A stretch of DNA of 63,659 bases, the filler included, from Olpidium bornovanus S191 (taxonomy: Eukaryota > Fungi > Olpidiomycota), in assembly GCA_017911155.1 (NCBI GenBank). It is 29 parts of 29 records of this genome, joined end to end, with 100 filler letters (N's around TTAATTAATTAA, not from the genome) between each part and the next. Parts side by side here need not be neighbours in the genome. Positions count along the whole stretch, not along the records: positions 58,390 to 62,333 come from JAEFCI010009258.1; positions 62,434 to 63,659 come from JAEFCI010003258.1; 27 more parts are not named here. One strand, given 5' to 3'. Position 1 is the stretch's first letter; the number at the start of each line of letters is the position of its first letter. Both the position numbers and the translations under genes were made by a program. Below, in pieces: positions 59,541 through 63,659 of this stretch. Under the pieces are notes generated by a model. It saw nothing but the letters and a program-made list of their open reading frames with translations. It ran no database searches and had not been told where the DNA came from.

Positions 59541-60827
59541 CGGGGGGGGGGGGGGGGGGGGGGGGGGGGCGGGAGACTCGCCGTCAGAACCGGCCGCAGG
59601 GCCAAGCGTTCCTTCGTCTCCGGCTCCGAAACAAAGGGGTCTTGAGGTCGCGGCAGCTAGGCCGCCCCTTTCCTCTTCCAGGCAGGATCCAGATGGGGGA
59701 CCGGCTGTGACACGCACAGGACGTTGATCCGGGGGAGCGGACGCGTGCGCAAAACAGCTGCAGCGCACGGGCAAGGGGCCTCACCGCGGCGGGTTGTCCC
59801 CTGCGTCGACGGGGGCTCCGGCGTTGGCGCGGCCGGAGAGACCGGGAGGCGGGGTTTGCTCTCGGCGTCGAAATTGAGAATTATTTTCCTCACAGCCGCT
59901 GACCGGCACGCTCCGCACTGGCAGCCACAACGGCGGTTTGCAGCAGAACACAGGACACAGCACATCGCGTGCCCGTAGAGCGAACGCTGCGGCATTCACG
60001 ACACTCCTCCTCGCTCCAAGGGATTGAAACCCATGATCAATGACCCATGGTCACACCGTTTGAGCAAGTCCTCGTTTGACGTGCGAGAACCTCCCGTCTG
60101 GCCGGCCAGATTTTAGTCCCATACACTATCATGTGAAAGCCTGAATCGGCAGCATCTCCGCGTCTCCTAAAACCTGCTTTGACAAATATCTCCAAATTTG
60201 AGCTTGAGCTTGGATATTCGACCAATAAAGATTTTGAGATTTGGCGCGTTCTCTCATCGTTTTATCGACGGAAATTTTATCAACGGGAATCTTGTTCATT
60301 CGCATGGCAGCATCTTCCAAGCAGTTGAGTTGGTAAATTCTACCTCCCAATGTAGTAACAAAATCCCATATTATTATTCTTCGTAACCCTTCTTATAGCC
60401 CCGTCCCCTCCCTCCTCCTCCGCAGAAGTCGGGAGGGCAGAGGAAATAGGAAACCAAAGTGCGCACGCAACCATGCCCGTGCTGCCTCGCGGAAGAAGCG
60501 CTCCGCCCCCCAACCTCCCCACGACGCTTTTCGTCGGATACGTTTTTGACCTCGACTTCGACAACAGCATCGAGCGTTTCTGCCGCTTCGCCGACCGAGT
60601 ACGCGCCCGGTGGGTGGTGGGTCGGGGGGCGGACGAAGCGGGGGACAGGGAAGGTAGGGGGGGGGGCCGGTTGTTGTTGTTGGCGGGGGAGGGAGGACTC
60701 CTCGCTCGTACGCCGGTGTCCAAAGGCCACGCACGCGGACGCGTCACGGACGCGTTTTTGGCCGTTCGGAAAACGTGTCCAAGATCTACCGCCTCTGCTT
60801 GGCGGGCAAAGGGCTCGTCGTCGTCAG

Positions 60828-61024
60828 CGGAGTGTTGCCCCCTGGCTCTGGCTCCGAGGTTGATCTCGTGCTCCGCAGTCGTGGTCTGGGAGTCGACCGG
60901 AGGTGGCTTGGAGGGAAGGACGGGCGGAGTGTTGCCCCCTGGCTCTGGCTCCGAGGTTGATCTCGTGCTCCGCAGTCGTGGTCTGGGAGTCGACCGGAGG
61001 TGGCTTGGAGGGAAGGACGGGCGG
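60828..61024 (+). repeat. Perfect 97-bp tandem duplication
   Basis: CGGAGTGTTGCCCCCTGGCTC...GAAGGACGGG occurs at 60828 and 60925 with no differences seen. Confidence 0.92.
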
Positions 61025-61508
61025 GGAAAGCGGGACAAGAATTGGTAGGGGATTTTTTTTTTGCTTTGGGGATAAAGCGGAAGAGGCGGAGGGGGAAGAG
61101 GGGAAACCTGTCGTCTCTCGTTGCCACATCGACCCCACCGTAAGAAGTGGTCGGCGGGGGAAGGAAGGAGGAGGGTGTCCGGAAAGGGTTAGGGTGTTTC
61201 TGTTTTTATTTTTCATTTCCTTTTTTTTTTCCTTTACGGCAAAGCGGACGAAAGAAACAAATAAACAAAAGAAAAAAAAAAAAAAAAAAAACAAAAACCG
61301 ACCCCCGCAGCCGAAAAAAAAAAAAAAAATCGATCGGCTAAAAAAAAAGATAAGCGGGCCAACATTGAATTGTCGGCGGCAGGAAGGAAAGGGGGGAGGT
61401 TGAAGAAGTAGAATGACATCCACGGACTTTTCCGTGTTCGGCGGAAGGGGCGGGGCGGGGGGGCAGTAAAGTGGGGAGGAGCGTGAAGGGGGGGGGGGGG
61501 GGGGGGGG

Positions 61509-61548
<40 letters not shown>

Positions 61549-62049
61549 TGCTACTTTCGATCTCTAAATTTGGGAAATTTTCTTTGCTCGGGTCGGGGGA
61601 ACAGGACGTGTGGTGCTTCCGGCAACGCAGGAAAAAGGCGGGAGGGGGGAAGCGGAAGGGAAGAGGGGAAAGGCAGAGATCGAAGAGAACCTCCGGCGAG
61701 AAAGGGAGTGGGGTCTAGCTCCCTCAAGCACCGATCGCCCGTGCCGCAAACGTCCGACGACGGTCCACAAGCCGCGTCTCCTCCTCATCATCCTCCTCCT
61801 CCTTCTCCTCCTCATCCCGACCCCACCACTTGCGCGGCCGGGAGTTCTCAAAGCCACGGGCTTCGAAAGACCTGCTGGCCCGCTGCGAGCGAGCGGCACC
61901 CGTCCCGAGTGCGCCCGGGAGAAAAATCGCAGAGGGGCCCGTGCCCCGCGACGGGTTTCTCAGCGCCTCAGTCGACCAGGTTGGGGGAAAATGCTCGGAG
62001 GATGATTGGGTGGGGGAGGAGAGAGCACGCCCCCGGGCGTACTAGTCAC

Positions 62050-62332
62050 GTGTGCGACGAAAACTCGCTGGGATGCGCAAGGGAGGTTGGGACAACGAGC
62101 TCTGAGAAGCGAACGTGGAGTCGGACTGGGAAGCAAACTGCTGCTGCGGCGGCTGCTGCTGCTGCTGCTGTTGCTGCGACGATAAACGCATCACTTGCTC
62201 GCGGCGCGACGCCATGGACTGCTGCGACAGATCCTGAGTGAAAGGACCGTTCGGCGTCGGGATCAGCGGGATAGAGAACTGGTGCGACCCGCCGGGCAGC
62301 GCCGCGGCGGCCAGGTCCGAGGACGGGATGTA
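62050..62332 (-). CDS. Candidate coding exon with a poly-Gln tract (hypothetical protein)
   Basis: Open frame YIPSSDLAAA...RLSSQQQQQQQQPPQQQFASQ...RRT ending at a GT donor. It has no start codon, so it is absent from the ORF track. Confidence 0.35.
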
Positions 62333-62433
62333 GNNNNNNNNNNNNNNNNNNNNNNNNNNNNNNNNNNNNNNNNNNNNTTAATTAATTAANNNNNNNNNNN
62401 NNNNNNNNNNNNNNNNNNNNNNNNNNNNNNNNN

Positions 62434-62875
62434 GAGTCGTGAGAGTACAGATTCTCGTGAGTGGCTGCGCGCCGTTGTGGCGCCGCGAATGGAGGTAGTC
62501 GGGGCTCTTGAGCGCCCCCTTTGCTCAGCAGGCGTTCGTAGTCCGCCTGGCATGGCGGCTTCACGGTAGTTCCCTACAAAAGGGTCTCCGTCGCCTTGGC
62601 AGGCTTCTTCCTCTCCATGGTCGCCGTTCACGCAACTTCCGGTCCTTTCCGTGGTTCGTCGGACAGGGAAGAGTTGGCAGTTTGGGCTCATAACCTGTTG
62701 ATTCCCGGAAGCCGAAGGAGAAGAAGAGGAAGAGGTTTGTATTCGGGGCGTGACGCCGCTATCTACTCCAGGCCTATTTTATATGGCGGGAAACTAGGAA
62801 CTCTACAAAGGGGTAACAGGGGCTTTTGGCGTGCGCAGTGCTCGTGCTGCTCAGCCTCCCCCTTTATTTTCGACA
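62434..62875 (-). mobile_element. Ty1/copia 5' end: LTR (62696-62875), PBS (62684-62695), leader and start of a gag-like frame with TAG
   Basis: Second copy of the LTR+PBS. The downstream frame reads MERKKPAKATETLL*GTTVKPPCQADYERLL... Confidence 0.88.
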
Positions 62876-63659
62876 GAAAATTGTTTATTCGCACGGGCAA
62901 GAGGAGTGGGCTGAAAGGGTGGGGAAAAAACTGCGGGAATGCTTTCATCCACGTTTCGCTGTTATTTTGCTGAGCACATCAACAGGCTCTTTAGCAAACA
63001 ACAAAAAACTTTCCCGCCCAAGGGCGAAATCGACGCACGATGCCCCAACCGGCGCCTGCCACGCCTGCCCAGCACTGACGGAAACGGTCAGCCCCCGACA
63101 GAACGTCCCGCCCGTTGTTCTCTGGCCGGATCAGAGACCGCTGCAAACGATCGGGATTAATGACGTTGGGCGGGAAATCGTAGAGCGCCTCTGAAACCAC
63201 GTGAAGATTCTCGAGCCCCTCAGGCCCTGCTCCCGGGGTCGCGAAAATATCGATGAAGAACGCCCCGAAATGACTTTCTCGTCGGCCGACACTCCCCATG
63301 GAAACGAGTGTGACCACAAGTACATCAAATGGTCCCGAAGAACTAGTTCTGCCAAGGGGGGGAGGGGGGGGGGTAGACATGGTAATCTCTCTCCCCCACG
63401 GGTTCTTTTTGGGGTCTTCGACCGTTCTGTTCGATTTTTTTTTGTTTTATTACTAGATGCCAAGCGGTACGTTGGACAAAGGAGGCGGAATAAACTGACT
63501 TTTCGTATCCGTTCGATCTACGCGAGCCCAGCCTTGACCATGGCCTGGAAAAAAACGGAACCGGGTCAATCGTCAAGGGAGACCAGCGGCCTCTGTGCTC
63601 ACGTGCAACCGGCCAACGCTGTTCTTTAACCCTCCTCCGGGCAACCGACAACACCGAGA

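Noticed and set aside
60129-60730. Minus-strand coding-like pieces (EAAETLDAVVEVEVKNV; RIYQLNCLEDAAMRMNK)
   Set aside because: Could not be spliced into a consistent model or assigned to a family.
9040-62576. TAG reassignment or readthrough suggested by in-frame TAGs at 9040, 13568, 46377 and 62574
   Set aside because: They occur in TE or unassigned remnants, at positions implying different amino acids (E-like and K-like), while intact genes end at TAG (11832, 19705, 27991). Ordinary nonsense mutations explain them.
1-63659. Functional gene cluster or operon-like system spanning the window
   Set aside because: Neighbouring contigs are artificially concatenated. Only within-contig pairs such as HINT3/eIF3f are truly linked, and they show no shared pathway.

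Overview
This window is not one locus. It is 29 short eukaryotic contigs joined by 28 artificial 100-bp spacers (N44-TTAATTAATTAA-N44), so adjacency across a spacer means nothing. The DNA is GC-rich and intron-rich, and most ORF-track entries are antisense or low-complexity artefacts. Manual splicing recovers about 20 mostly partial genes: CaM kinase, HAM1-like, HINT3-like, eIF3f, Clr4/SUV39-type SET, RNase H2 subunit B, EF-hand/DUSP USP32-type deubiquitinase, Dbf2, Bub3, a GPCR last exon, Snapin, RPS3, an EF-hand/WD40 WDR49/64-like protein, Sec2, an RNB exoribonuclease, Swt1, Not1, Mia40, MFSD5/MOT2 and an ARHGAP39-like WW protein. Mobile elements include Ty1/copia pieces (two LTR+PBS ends and several pol remnants), a pogo/CENP-B HTH pseudogene and an intron-containing IS630-Tc1-mariner transposase. 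Fungal-type proteins together with a cilia-associated gene family and animal-like architectures suggest an early-diverging zoosporic fungus (Olpidium-like); this is inference. I found no complete, demonstrably new biological system. Best leads: a short Mia40 with a CHCHD4-like AIF-binding N-terminus, a spliced transposase with a shared terminal sequence, copia LTRs primed by half a tRNA-iMet, two GC-AG introns with the same GCGAGT donor, 11- and 15-nt micro-exons, and a strong bias for contigs to break at CATG. All family assignments are from motif recognition; no database searches were run.
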